Assembly (NCBI GenBank): GCA_951406725.2 | Contig: OX597829.1 | Location: 54,684,001 to 54,748,000 of the forward strand | Reading direction: 5' to 3' | Source of the DNA: Octopus vulgaris | Lineage: Eukaryota | DNA: 64,000 nucleotides | Part shown: positions 48,194 to 61,203 of the stretch, one piece after another | How positions within the stretch are numbered: the first letter of the stretch is position 1 | Layout of the letters: every line of letters starts with the position of its first letter | Notes under the pieces: generated by a model | Told to the model about the DNA's origin: nothing | Database searches by the model: none | What the model saw: the letters and a program-made list of their open reading frames with translations, nothing else | Made by a program: the position numbers and the translations under genes

Positions 48194-48970
48194 GGGAACA
48201 AAAATGTCATGAAAGAATTCTAACACCCCAACATATGAGAGAGGTGTAGAGGTGTAGATGAAGGAAAACTTTAAAACTAGTTTCATATAATTGATGTTAA
48301 AGGAAACGATAATGTCATACAATATAAAGCAGACAATTATGAATTTAGAGAAAGCATATTTATAACTAGAATTGATACAAATCTCTTGAAGACTCCATGG
48401 TTTCTGAATATCGTGTTGTGGCTTGACCTTTTGTACATGTATATGCATCTAAATAATTTTCAAGCTTGTGATTTTTGGTTTGTGTTTAAATTTCCTTAAA
48501 AACACATAAAATAATAATGAAATAACAGCAAAAATTTTTTATTCTCGGTGAAAATATCGAATTTTTAATTCTTAAATTATAAATTACGTTTCTTAAAACG
48601 ATTTTTTTCCTTCCTTTTATGTCATGACTAGAATGTAAAGATAACTAAATAAAGTCACCGCAATGTCCACAGTATTCCTTCACTTGATTATCTCATAATT
48701 TTCCCCTTTTCTAATACAGAATTATCTGCGTGGGACGATAATAGCACCATCGCTGATATTAGTGGTTTAAAATGGCATTTCACAGCACAATTCTTGCATT
48801 TATATTTAACTTCTCTTTCGCTGAAAACGGACACGAAACTTGTCCATGTCAGTTCTAATCGTTGAGTTTCAAGACTAATAAATAAATCAGGATTTGAACA
48901 TTAAAATTCTGTCGCCAAAACTAATTCTACTGCACACAAACTGCCTACGTTTTCCACATATGTTAATTTC

Positions 48971-48983
48971 GTTACCTAGCAAC
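48971..48983. promoter_or_regulatory. RFX X-box motif
   Basis: GTTACCTAGCAAC, an imperfect palindrome matching the X-box consensus, in a non-repetitive CpG-containing region upstream of the CEP15-like exons. Confidence 0.55.
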
Positions 48984-51900
48984 GGTAACATCACCAAGGT
49001 TACCTTACAATGAAAGCGTTTTCGTTAAGGAACAATTTTTCTTTTTGATAATTTAAAATTGTGAACTTGGTAGAATTTTATATTTGTTGGATCTTAACCT
49101 TTTTGTTTATTATTATTTAATATTTATAGTTTGAGAAATTCACGAAGTGTTTCCTTTTTTGAAAGAAGAGTTCAATTATTATTATTATTATTATTGTTAT
49201 TATTGAAATCCTAATTATTATTTTTTTTTTAAATTCTCTCTTAACGAATGAATTTTTAAAAAAGCAAAGAAAAGACTTTTGTTAAAGACTTTTAAAGGTG
49301 TGGACTGCCTGTTCTAGAAAAAGGTAAGTTGCCCCTCCTAGTTTTCTCCTCTTATGTCAGTGTTAGAACTGTTGCATCAAGACACATGGCCTAAGGTCAC
49401 TAGGTTTCCTATGTATTAGCCATCATCCAGTCCATCCTTGATGTACATATTCGTGCTGTCTTTTGTGTGTTTACAGGGAGCATACGTCATTCAGGTGTTT
49501 CAAAATAAGAATGGTGTTTATTTTGTATTTAGACCAACACAACAAATGATTGAAGTTTTTAAAATATGAAGAGAAAAATATTCAATGTTACAATATAAAC
49601 ACAAACGCATAATACAGTATAGAATTAAACATGGTATTCCCCAGTCTTGTAAAAATCTTGGATTTTACAATAAGAATGATATTCCTGGTCTTAGATAATA
49701 AGTCAGTTGTCCTGGGCATGAACCTGTCAGAGAGCGACCAATACTTTGACAGTTTGCTTTTCTGAACCTGACGAACAGTGGAGCCTGGGCTGGTAGCTGA
49801 CCGCACCAATTTGCCACTGGAGAAGAGGTCACAGCATGTAGTAGCCCAGATGAGGAGCCTACAACCACAGAGTGGGATAATTGTTATACCATGAGGCCTT
49901 TTACTGTCTCCTTAATCTAGCCCCACTGGTTCAAGCTGGGAAGGGAAGCCTGCAGCATCTAGACCATGCTTTCTGATTTCATTAAGGACGGCATGGCATG
50001 GGAAGCGGCCAGTACTATAATGACAATTGGTGAAGGTTGAAAGGATCCACAGTGACATTTTTGAGGCTCACAGGCCTGGAGGCCAAGCTTCAGGGAAACA
50101 CTATCAAGCTGAGTGCCAGTCACAAGTGATGGCATTGCTTTGAGCTAGGCTCCACTGTGGGGCTTGGAGGCTGAATGAAGACATGCCAGATGATACTGCT
50201 CAAGTCAGCATACCAAGTCATCTGAGATGATGTTGCACTGGATGGCATCCCATTTGTTTTGGGGAGACTGGACGTTCACAGAGGGGAGCTGGGGATGGAC
50301 GTCCGAAGGGCACAGGCTGAGCTAACTCCATGTCGCAAAGGTCACTTCATGCTCCCCAATCACAATTGGCTCAATTGAGTTGTGGAGAACCGTGTCATCA
50401 GGTTCACATCGAAATAGAATTTTATTGAATCAACTGATTGGGTGTCATAAAATTTGCAGTTTTTGTGTATTGCTACAGAAGATCACAGGTTTGTCATTTT
50501 TTCAGTCATACCTGTACATAGAAAAGACATAGACAGGGTTAGGGTCTGAGATCTGAATATATTGTTTTTGACAAAGATATTTTACAGTGACTGGATAAGC
50601 AAAGTAGGTGAGTTTTCAATATCAACCAGTGGTGAATTTTTTTAAGACAGAATAAAATCAATGTATTTAGTAGGGATGCAGGAAGAGAAAATGCTACAGT
50701 AGGGAAGAGAACATGTTAGCGGATTAAAAGAAGAAGCTGTTAGGAGGAGCTTTGCATCTAATGTACAAGAGCTGAAAATGATATTCAACCATTTCTCTTA
50801 TATAAAATACAAAGTTTGTATTATTTGAGCTAAGACTAAATGTGCTGTGAGACAGGAAGAGCAAAAACCATTCTATAACCCAGATATGAGAGGTACAAAG
50901 TGAAAGCAATGTCATAATTATTATTTGATGGACCATAATGGGTGTATGCTGTCCAATTAAAGCAGATGTGTACAGTTTTCCTATTTGAAGGAAGCAGTGA
51001 ACTGGAAACGAAGGACTCAATGGCTTATCATGATTCTCTGATAATGGCAGCTGAAATACAGGAGGAATTTAGTGGTTGTGTGAGGGGCAAACTGCTAGGT
51101 TAGAATGGTTTACCCAACAGACTTTCTTTATGTGCCAGTCTCCCATTTACTACAATCTTATTAGACTCCTATTGCAATTGTAGCAGACTAAAAGCATTAC
51201 CAATTATATGAATGAAGAATGGTTTTGTTGCTGAGAAACGATGTAAATATGTAGGATTTTATTGATTCTTTCAGAACCCAAAATTCAGTGAATTCCAAGT
51301 TCACAATATGACCCAGATTGGTTTTTGTTGTCATAAGTATTTTTTGGATGTATGCAATTCTTAACAGATCTATCCAGGACAACCACTGCCTACAATATAT
51401 TGTAGAGAGAGTAGCTAATATGGATTTGGTGGGGCTCTGAACAACTTTGGTAGATTTAAACTGGATCAGCCATCAGTAACTGGTGGCTCTTCAAGTGCAG
51501 TCAGTGTAACTTAGATTTCCAAGGACTGCATTGCTGATATACAGACAGGCTGGAACATCTTGCTCTTTTACTCTTCTTGAAAAATAAACTGCTTTTGGGA
51601 TCTTTACCCTTTGAATGGCAGGCCAAGAAATTAATTTTTTGTAACCAAACACTTTAAAACTTTGGACACTGGTAGATTGTGTCATATAAAACATCTTTTA
51701 CTCTTAGTGTTGTTGAGAAAAGTTTGCATTTTCAAAGTTATTTTGTGTTAAAGTTGTCGTATTTGAAAAGATCCTGGTTTTGCTGGTCAAAAGGTCCACC
51801 TATTGTCAACACCCTCTGTACAGAGGGCTCAGGACATTTGGGATTAATGAAGCCCAGGCATTAAGCTGAGGTGGTGACATTTTCTTCTGAAGGATGATAG

Positions 51901-52351
51901 ATAACATCCAAAATATCTTAACCAAGCTTGCTACATAGGAGTGTCAGTAGTTTGGAATAAACACTACAGTCATGGCAGTATTGTCAATGAGGTCTGTCAG
52001 AGATGCATGAAAAGCAATGAAAATGTCCCCCATACAAACGTTCATTATATATTTGAACATTGTTGACTTGTGCACTGACATCTACACCTGTTGTTGCTTC
52101 TACAACAGATTCAGCTATCACTCATCTACCTTCTTTTGGTGAGGAGGTTTGATTTTTTTTTCTGTCTTGCTGATAAGACACAGGAGATAATATAGTGAAG
52201 AAAATTAGAAGCACAGAGGACTGTTTATTTTTTTTTCCTCCTCTCCAATTAAGCCTTTATCAACTTTTACAAGTACCACTTAATGAGGATGGTGAGGATA
52301 GAGAAGGAGAGGTACAGGTCTTCTACAAATTTGCAGAAAGCTTAATGGGTG

Positions 52352-52447
52352 ACTGGTCCTAATGCCACAACTGGTCCTAATGCCACAACTGGTCCTAATG
52401 CCACAACTGGTCCTAATGACACAACTGGTCCTAATGCCACAACTGGT
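52352..52447 (+). repeat. 18-bp minisatellite, 5.3 copies
   Basis: (ACTGGTCCTAATGCCACA)x5 + ACTGGT, with one mismatch. Confidence 0.95.
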
Positions 52448-52924
52448 TAAATGCATTTGGCAATCAAAGTAATCTAGAATATAAGCTGTTCCTTAATTGT
52501 CCCTTGATGACTGTCTCTTAAAGAGCTTGCTGATGGGAAAGATATTAATTTCTAATTATTTATGTTTATGTCAGTATTTATAACAGTGTCTTTTGAGGAG
52601 TACTACCTGTACAGGATGGGTTGAGCCAGTAACCAACGAATTCATCATGTTCCTTATGAATGCTGACCACATCCAACAGTTAGCAGCAGTCAAAACTGTA
52701 ATGGATACCTATTCCCTGTTCCCCTGGGGGCCTGGTTGTGCTTCCACATCCATCTTTACTGTTGCCAGCCATTTCTTCAGTTGTCTTCCAATTTGTTTTG
52801 CAGCGGCTTTTTTCTTTTGTTTGTTTTTTAAAACATATTTGTATGATGTTTTTACATTTTCTTTATACCTGTTTTAATGGCTGTTCTTTGAACTCTGTCA
52901 GCTTATGGAATTGTAGAACACCAG

Positions 52925-52986
52925 ATGTCACAAAAGCATTGCCCTACCATGCTGACTGAGGATCTAAACAGACATCTTTATCAAAT
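52925..52986 (+). CDS. Candidate first coding exon of the CEP15-like gene
   Basis: ATG...MSQKHCPTMLTEDLNRHLYQ(I) ends in AT|GTAAGT, a perfect phase-2 donor that completes ATC (Ile) with exon 54712. Similarity to the human N-terminus (..EIRLSKRHEEI) is weak. Confidence 0.45.
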
Positions 52987-54099
52987 GTAAGTTGACTTCA
53001 TAATCCTCTAACATTTTAATAAATAACTTTCTACCATTTTCTTACAAGGCAGACCAATGACAAAACGTATATCTGAGTCATTACAATGTCGTCTTTTAAC
53101 AAGCATCCAGGGTTTTATGTTATCTTGTATGTCTTTTCCATATTCAATGACTGTGTGTGATTTAAGAGAGATTTTGGTTCCTATTTGTGACTGTGAATAG
53201 CAAGCTAATGTAGAGAAGTAAAGGGAGTTTTCAACTTCCATAGTTTGGCTGGGTTTACAATGTAGTAATTCCCTTAATTTTTATCTGTCGTGTCATTAAT
53301 GAAGGCAAATGTCCTTAGATTTAATCTAATCACACTTTTGCATCGCTCGTTTGTATCAGTGCGAATCAAGATATTGTTAGGGGAAAATGTGTGTGGAATG
53401 ATAGCAGTGCATTTGACCTCGCAGAGATCAGCTTTTGCAATCTGGCCAAAAGCATGATTAAGAACATGAGGGTAGGGCCAAGCATTCATTAGTCTTGGAG
53501 AAGGCTCTGAGCCAGTTATCATACTTAGTGGTTTGGTGACCTGTCATATGTATCAGTAGCTCATGGGGACCATGCAGTCTATGTAGAAAATCACCTTCCA
53601 CAACATGAGAGTTAACAATGAGATCAGTGAAAACGTTAGTCTGCTGTTTCTTGCCCCTCAGAACACAATTCACAGCCTTCTGTTGTTTATTATACATCTT
53701 CTGACCATAACAGGTGAGTTAAAGATTGACTGTGTGCAAGAACTCCCATATGCCAATGACCTAGTTCTCTATATTTATTAAAGATTTGGAGAAAAAAACT
53801 CCAAATAATGGAATTAAAACTTAGAATCAAAATCCCTTGAAGTAAACCAAGAAAAGACAAAAAAGTTAACAGAAAAGAAAAACAGGATCCAACTGCTAGC
53901 TTGGAAGTTGCCATTCCTGATATGCAGAAAAGGTGTGCAATAGGAATTGTATATTAAATTGTATATTATAGGTGCACAAGTGTTGTCGTGAGATCAGTGA
54001 TAGAGTGACACACAAGGAAGACTACGTATGTAGCAGAATCACTAAGTTAGTAAGAAAGAGTTCTCATGAAATAAATTCTTTCAAATTCTCAGAAGGCTC

Positions 54100-54640
54100 C
54101 CAGAAATAGTTGATAGCTTCATTCACAGAGGTGACTAAATTAGCAGTGGAAATGGATGTTGTGGAAACAGTAACCAAAGTAAGAACTGAGTGGGAAGTGT
54201 TCAGATAGCAGCGAAGGGGCAACAATGAGATTCTCATTTGTATGCTGTCTGCCACTCAGGCTGTGTATGAAGTGGAATGCTGTTTGGCAGCAAAAACACG
54301 GACACTGGATGCAAAGAATGTGTAAAGCTTGGGAGAAATGAGGTGATGGATGTGTAATGTTAGTGTGATGAATAATGAAGCACAAATGAAATGAAAGAAA
54401 AACAAGGTGTAAGAGGAATTAGATGTAATTTGCAAGACTGCACTGGTATTGAAATGTGATTATGTATGAATATTGGCAGCTGGATTCAAGTGGATGCAAC
54501 CAGTAGAAAAAGAAGCTCGGGAATAAGGTCAAACCAAAAAAAGACAAGGAAACAGCAAGGAACTGAAACAGACAGTGAGATGTTGTCCTGGAGAAGGCAC
54601 ATCAAACTCATATAAGCTTGGAAAACAAGGACGTGACGTG
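54100..54640 (+). mobile_element. Degenerate RTE LINE 3' fragment
   Basis: Reverse complement of the same ORF2 C-terminal region (GGTGACTAAATTAGCAGTGG, GATGGATGTGTAATGTTAGTGTG, LHWY). Confidence 0.6.
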
Positions 54641-54711
54641 AAAATAATTATGATAGTCTAACTGAATAATAGTGTTACAAGAGTTTCTTCCCTTTGTATT
54701 TTATTTTTCAG

Positions 54712-56495
54712 CCAAGCCAAACGACAGGTTTTGGAAAAGCTTGATGTAAAAGAAGAAAATCAACACGAAGCATTTCAGCAAGCGAGAAAGAGAAATAAAC
54801 AAATTCTTTTGGTATGTTTTATTAAAGATCTCTCATTTAACCATTTTATGCTAATTTTTGAGCCATCTTCCAACTAAGTCTCTCAAAGTCTTCTCTTTCC
54901 AGTTGCTTATGTTCTGAAACTTACTCTTGGCCCAAATCAATATGCTTAATATATTCAATATTTTTCTAAGAATAGTTATCAACATTAAGTATGTCCTTTA
55001 TTATGCTCTGTTACAATGATAGATTTACACCTTTCACATTTCTCCTAATTGCATTGTTGCTGATGTTGGCAGTAAGAGCTCTTGGCTGGATGTATCCATA
55101 ATGATGCTTTGATACTTAATTAGAACAAATCTACGTAATTGCATGCAAACTCTCAAAGATATGAAATATAGTAATACTTCACCATATCGTGGTTCACCTA
55201 TCACACACTCACTACATCACGGTTCACCTATTACACCCTAAGTACATCACGGATTTTTCTGGTTAATATGTGTAAGTTTATATCACAAACTCCTCAATAT
55301 TTCTGGGTTTCTGCAGCCAATAGATATTTATATTTTTTTCAGATTTTAATTATTTGTGTGGGAGGTTTTGGAACGTAACATCTGCGATAGAAGAGGGAAT
55401 ACTGTAATGCCTTTTTTTTTCACCCCTACATAAATCAGTCTCCCAGTTGTTTCTAGCATTAATGCCTAAAACACATTTGAACCATTAAGGCCCTAATTAT
55501 ATCGATTCGAGAGAAGATCTTTGTGTATGGTTTTCTTTTGCTTCTTGAGAGAATTTAAGAGAATATTACTCTTAGATTCCCAGAAAAACAACAAAATACT
55601 TCACATCTCCACTTACATTTTCACCTTATATTCATCCATCCATCTTCTTAGTTCACTGTTCCTGGGAGGGTCATTGGGTGTGGAGGTGGGGAGTCCTCAA
55701 GCCCCTCTTCCGTAGAGTCCAATTAGAAGCAACTGTCATTACAGTTTCCAGCTGGATTTCCAAGTGTGGCCAACTGAAACTATAGATATTATCTGACCAT
55801 CTCATTCTTCGTCTACCCCTTGGTCACCTGCCATCTGGCTGAACTTGAAGAATCCATCTTGTGCTCAGTGTGAAGTAGCAGCCCAACTTGAAGAGATTCT
55901 CTGATCTTTGACCTATGCACCTTGTCAAGTAACGTTACTCCAGAGACCCTTCAGAGAACCCCATTTTGCCTAATATTAACCTAATATTTCTGCAATATAT
56001 GTAACCATCATCACCACTGTTTTAATCACTATATTAACCACTGAGTTTTACATTGAAGATATTTTGGTCCTCCCCACCCACATTCCATTCCATTTTCTTT
56101 CCTCGGTCAGTATCATTCATTTGTGTGACAGACCCAAACCAATTCTGCTAAGTCTGCTGCCAGTACCTAAACACTTAATCATGACCTGCATTTCAGATGT
56201 CTTTTGTTTTAACCTCTTTAACACAATACTCTTGTTGGTCACATAAAAATGGAATTCTAGATCCAATTTATAAATTCTGTAAGTGTAAAACAGTTCAAAT
56301 TTTAGAAAAAATATTTTGTGTTGTGTCAGAGTATGGATGGGTGTATTTATGTTTCTTTGATGTCTTTTTTATAATCTGAAATAAATTGTTTTTACTTTCA
56401 GGAATTAAATTCTTCACAAGAAAAATTAAGATTAATGGAAGAAAACAACAAACCAACTACTAAGTTAAAAATTATGGAAGTAAGGAAGTTTACTA

Positions 56496-56535
<40 letters not shown>

Positions 56536-57834
56536 AGTGTTTTAAATCTGGATTTTGTCCCTGTTAACAGGAATGACCAGATCTACCACAATGCCATAGC
56601 AACTGAGGTAGGCGGGTGCAACCCACCCCAACCTTTGGGCTGGCTGGTGTCCATTCTCCTTTGCTATCAAGGAAGAATATTTTAGCTAAATATGATCAGT
56701 TTAAATGCTAAAGGGTTAGAGTATTGATAAAGATAATTTTTTTCCTGTCAAGTAGACGGAAAACATTAAAGGGTTTTTTCCTTGCTGAATTTAGTTTGAT
56801 TAATGATATACAAGTATATATTGATTAATGATTTATAAGTACTTTGGACTGGGGTAGAAGGAAACTCAAGATGACATGGGATGAGGTGGTGAAGCATGAC
56901 CTTCAAACATTGGGCCTCACAGAGGCAATGACAAAAGACCGAGACCTCTGGAGGTGTGCCGTAACTGAGAAGACCTGGCAAATAAAGTGAGTTCACAGCT
57001 GTAATCTACACCGTGTCACATAACCAACCCACTCAAAAGTACCTTGGATTGTAGGGCGACATGCTGTGCTTGAGGAGACCTATTGAGTCAAGTACATCAA
57101 CATCAAATCAAATGGAAATTGTAGTTGTGACCCCTGTGCCGATGGCATGTAAAAAGCACCATCCGAATGTGGTCGATGCCAGTACCACTTTGACTGGCTT
57201 CTGTGCCAGTGGCATGTAAAAATCACCATATGATTATGGTCAATGGCAGCTCCTGTGGAACTTAAAAAGCACCCACTATACTCTTGGAGTGGTTGGCGTT
57301 AGGAAGGGCATCCAGCTGTAGAAACACTGCCAGATTAGATTAGAGCCTGGTGCAGCCTCCTTCCCAGACCCCAGTCGAACCGTACAACCCATGCCAGCAT
57401 GTAAAACGAATGTTAAACGATGATGGTGATGACTTAGTTAAAATATTTTTTTAAAAGGCATAATTTTTGCTGGACACTATTCCTATTGATTAAGTTCTAT
57501 GTAAAGGAATTCTTTTCACACTTATTATCCTCCATACCAAGGAACATGACAAATCTTATCAGATAGTACCAATACTTTATTCTTTTCTTTTTTTTTTTTT
57601 TTTGGTATTCACATATCAATTAATTTCAAAAATCTTGATTTCTTGCCTGATTCTCACTGTAGTAACAAAATTGATTTGATCTATGGCTGAATTTATTAGA
57701 ATATTCTAAAATTTACTGGTTTAAAATGCGGATTGAACTAAATAAAAAAATTATTTTTTCAGACAAATTACTGGTCATTTGTGAATGTAATGAAACCGCT
57801 GTGGGAAAATGAAATCTTGACCATTCAGAAGTAA
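54712..57834 (+). CDS. CEP15: CEP15/C3orf14-like small coiled-coil centrosomal protein, three core exons (54712-54811, 56402-56479, 57763-57834)
   Basis: Canonical AG/GT sites with consistent phases give (I)QAKRQVLEKLDVKEENQHEAFQQARKRNKQILL|ELNSSQEKLRLMEENNKPTTKLKIME|TNYWSFVNVMKPLWENEILTIQK*. This matches, from memory, the human C3orf14 motifs AFKRNLSLLKDIEAAEKSL and [21 protein letters not shown]. Confidence 0.72.
55169..55404. mobile_element. Tigger/pogo-type MITE
   Basis: TA-flanked imperfect TIRs TAGTAATACTTCACCATATCG / GCGATAGAAGAGGGAATACTG. Confidence 0.55.
56850..57432 (+). mobile_element. RTE LINE 3' end: ORF2 C-terminus plus 3' UTR with hairpin array
   Basis: GRRKLKMTWDEVVKHDLQTLGLTEAMTKDRDLWRCAVTEKTWQIK*, then UTR, three GTGCC.GTGGCA.GTAAAAA.CACC units, AGGAAGGGCATCCAGCTGTAGAAAC and (GAT)n. 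Confidence 0.85.
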
Positions 57835-58074
57835 GAATGGAAACTGATGGTTTGTGCCACAAGGAAACCTATTTGTAATGGATTTACCAAATCTATATAT
57901 GTTACCTGTTAAAGAACATAACTAGAAATACAAACTATGTGGAAAACAAACACCGTTAATCTAATTCTGAAATTTCAACCCACCATATTTTTGTATGCAT
58001 TTTACACTCATGCACACACACACACACGTGCACACACACACACACATACATACACACACATGCACACATTCATA

Positions 58075-58880
58075 CAGAGTATAAGAGGTATTTGAGAACA
58101 TAGTAATTTTATAAAACAATTCTAATTTAGCAAAAACCAAATGTATTTAATAAAATTTCGTGGACAAGTTCTCGATAATCTTTCTTCTAAGATTATTCTG
58201 TGAGTCCACCTTCAGCTGCGACGATTGTTTCAATGCAGAACCAGAATAGTTGACAAACCTACACTAAATAGCTTTTACTTCACACCTGGATAATGACAGC
58301 CTTCAGGGGAGCTATGGTATTGTGATGATGTTGATTAGTCTCCCTTCAGAAAACACTCCAAACGTAGTAGTCCAAGTTTGGTGTTGGATTGTCATAAAAA
58401 TTCTAAGATCCTGTGGAAAGATGAGAATTGGCATGATATGACCTTCTTTACTCACCATTCCCAAAGCCATCAGAAGCATCTGTACATAGCCATCTCTCAT
58501 TTCTCTTGTTAGATTTCGGATCTTGGTTGAAGAGTTTTTCCCATCAGAGAACCAAAGCAGGCCATGTTTGTGAGGGGTTTTAAACTTTGTTAAGCAACTG
58601 CTTGGCAGGGATCAAATTGGTTTCTGTGTCTTTGCAGAATTGGTCCCTCCTCAATACAAACGACTTGTATTGAATGTCCGCATGCACCATAATTCTGAGA
58701 GCAGAAGTTCTATGGTGATGGCCCTTATTGATTTTTCTGGGATCCATATCAATAAGGTTGGATGAGTTGCTGTTTCCTGATAGTTCTTTGAGAATGAAGT
58801 GTATCAAAGAGTGGGAGGTAAAACCCCTAAACATTCTCACGAGAGGCTTCCAATTCCATCTGAAAGATCTTGCAACATAT
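58075..58880 (-). mobile_element. Degenerate Tc1/maT-like transposon
   Basis: Minus-strand remnants (PDLDYYVWSVF, HHNTIAPLKAVI, VMLLMALG); TA|CAGAGT terminus. Confidence 0.6.
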
Positions 58881-59798
58881 AAAATGTTGTCAGTTTTCTA
58901 AATTGTTTCTCTCTCTCTCTCTCATACACACACACACATTCACACACATGGCAACAATGACTGCATCTCTTTTCATCTCCTATGTTACCATTTTATCTAT
59001 CATGGGGGGTTTTCATTGGCCTGAAGAAAGTAATATACTGATAATTAAGTGTTCTCAAGTACCCTACTCAACTGGTTGGCGTTAGGAAGGGCATCCAGCC
59101 GTAGAAACACTGCCAACCCATGCTAGATTGGAAAGCGGACGCTAAATGATGATGATGATGATGATATATATATGTATGTATTGTCATCATCATCATCAGT
59201 TAACATCTGAGTTCCATGCTGGCATGGGTTAGATGGTTTGACAGGGTCTGGCGATCTGATGAGTAGAGGGACTGCATCATGCATCTATGTCTACTTTTAC
59301 AGTTGGATGCCCTTCCTAACACAAACCACTTTGCTGAGTGTACTGGGATGTTTTTTTAATTGGGACCAGCACTAGTGAGGTTGCCATGCAGCATGCTAGG
59401 CTAAGGCCCTAAAGTGGTCCCTATAACCAAGGGAGAATATGCGTGTTGGTATACCTGCATTATCCAACAAGGCTGATTGTCATGGTTTATGTATTAATTT
59501 TTCCAGTAAATGGTATATTACATCTAGTTTATTTGTTATTTTAACAGCTAAAATACATATTTCTATCTATTTATTCCATAGTTATTATTTACGTCATGTT
59601 TTTCACGTGATAGATTTCTTAGCAATGCTAGGTTCTGAGTTTAACATTTAAAATTTCAGTTAACTGGTATTCTTCAATAAGATAAATTATGATTTTATTT
59701 TTCATTAATATTGTTACATTTTATTTGACTATTTATTGTTATGATACGTATATTTCTATATTTATTTGTTAATTATTATATTTATTTTATTATTTTAG

Positions 59799-59823
59799 AC
59801 CTGAAGAGTGGTCATATTTTTAA
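59799..59823 (+). CDS. Candidate alternative terminal exon of the CEP15-like gene (KPEEWSYF*)
   Basis: TTTTAG acceptor in phase with donor AA|GTAAGA at 57831; stop at 59821-59823 and AATAAA at 59828. The surrounding sequence looks low quality. Confidence 0.3.
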
Positions 59824-60159
59824 ATTGAATAAATTTTAATAGTATTGATTCTGTTATTATCAATTTACAATTTAAAGAAATAGTAATAAAATGCGTGTAG
59901 TCAATTTAATGTTTATTTAATTTAGTGATCTTTTAAATAATATTTATTATAATATATTTAAATTTTTCTATATGATTTAATATAGCTAATATCTTTCACT
60001 ATCAATTGAATTACTTGATAGAGGTTGTTTCTCCTAATTATGTACATATATTATATATTGTGAAATTTGATTTAGAATTGCTAAATTGAATTTTTCCCTG
60101 TAAGTTTGGAATTTCATATTCCCTACTATTATTAATTCATCATCAGGATCAGGATCATG

Positions 60160-60322
<163 letters not shown>

Positions 60323-60656
60323 TCTTTATCTTTTATTAAACTTCTAATACTTTTGATATATATATTTTAAAAAATTAATTAATTAATTAATTAATAAAAT
60401 AATATATATATAAAAATATACATACATACATATATATAAAATTTATAAGTTTAAATTATTCAAATAATTTTTTATTTTTAACTTTTATATTTTAAATTAA
60501 TTTTATGTATTGGCTTATGTTTTTCACCGTTTGATTTGCCTAATAGTGGTTTTATCTCTAATCTAATATAATATATAATATATTTATACTATAAAATTGG
60601 ATTTAATCCTAAATCTCATTTTTCCCTGTAAGTTTGGATTTATTCCCTAATATTAT

Positions 60657-60692
<36 letters not shown>

Positions 60693-60714
60693 GTACATAT
60701 ATACATCTCACTTA

Positions 60715-61203
60715 AATCAAAATCAAAATGGAAATTGTAGCTGCGGCTGATGCCAGTGTCACCTAACTGGCTCCCCGTGCTAGTGGCACGTAAAAAGCAC
60801 CATCTGAACATGGTCGATGTCAGCTTCCCTCCTCACCCCGACTGGCTCTTGTGCTGGTAGCATGTAAAAAAACACCATCTCAACATGGCCAATGCCAGTG
60901 CTGCCTGACTGGGTCCCATGCTGGTGGCATGTAAAAAACACCATCTGAACATGGTCGATGTCAGCTTCTACACTCACCCCGACTGCTGCCTGACTGGGTC
61001 CCATGCTGGTGGCATGTAACAAGCACCCACTACACTCTTGGAGTGGTGGGCATTAGGAAGAGCATCCAGCTGTAGAAACCTTGCCAGATCAGATTGGAGC
61101 CTGGTGCAGTCTTCTGGCTTACCAGACCCCGGTCAAACCGTCCAACCCGTGCTAGCGCGGAAAACGGACGTTAAACGATGATGATGATGATGATGATGAT
61201 GAT
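60715..61203 (+). mobile_element. 5'-truncated RTE 3' UTR copy with four hairpin units
   Basis: Starts with AAATCAAAATGGAAATTGTAG as at 57105; units near 60777, 60851, 60918 and 61003; (GAT)n tail. Confidence 0.85.

Larger units (their letters stand above)
50700..53950 (-). mobile_element. Ancient retroelement-like region, unclassified
   Basis: Intermediate GC, CpG-depleted, broken frames resembling the 12700-14240 relic; no intact diagnostic motif. Confidence 0.3.
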
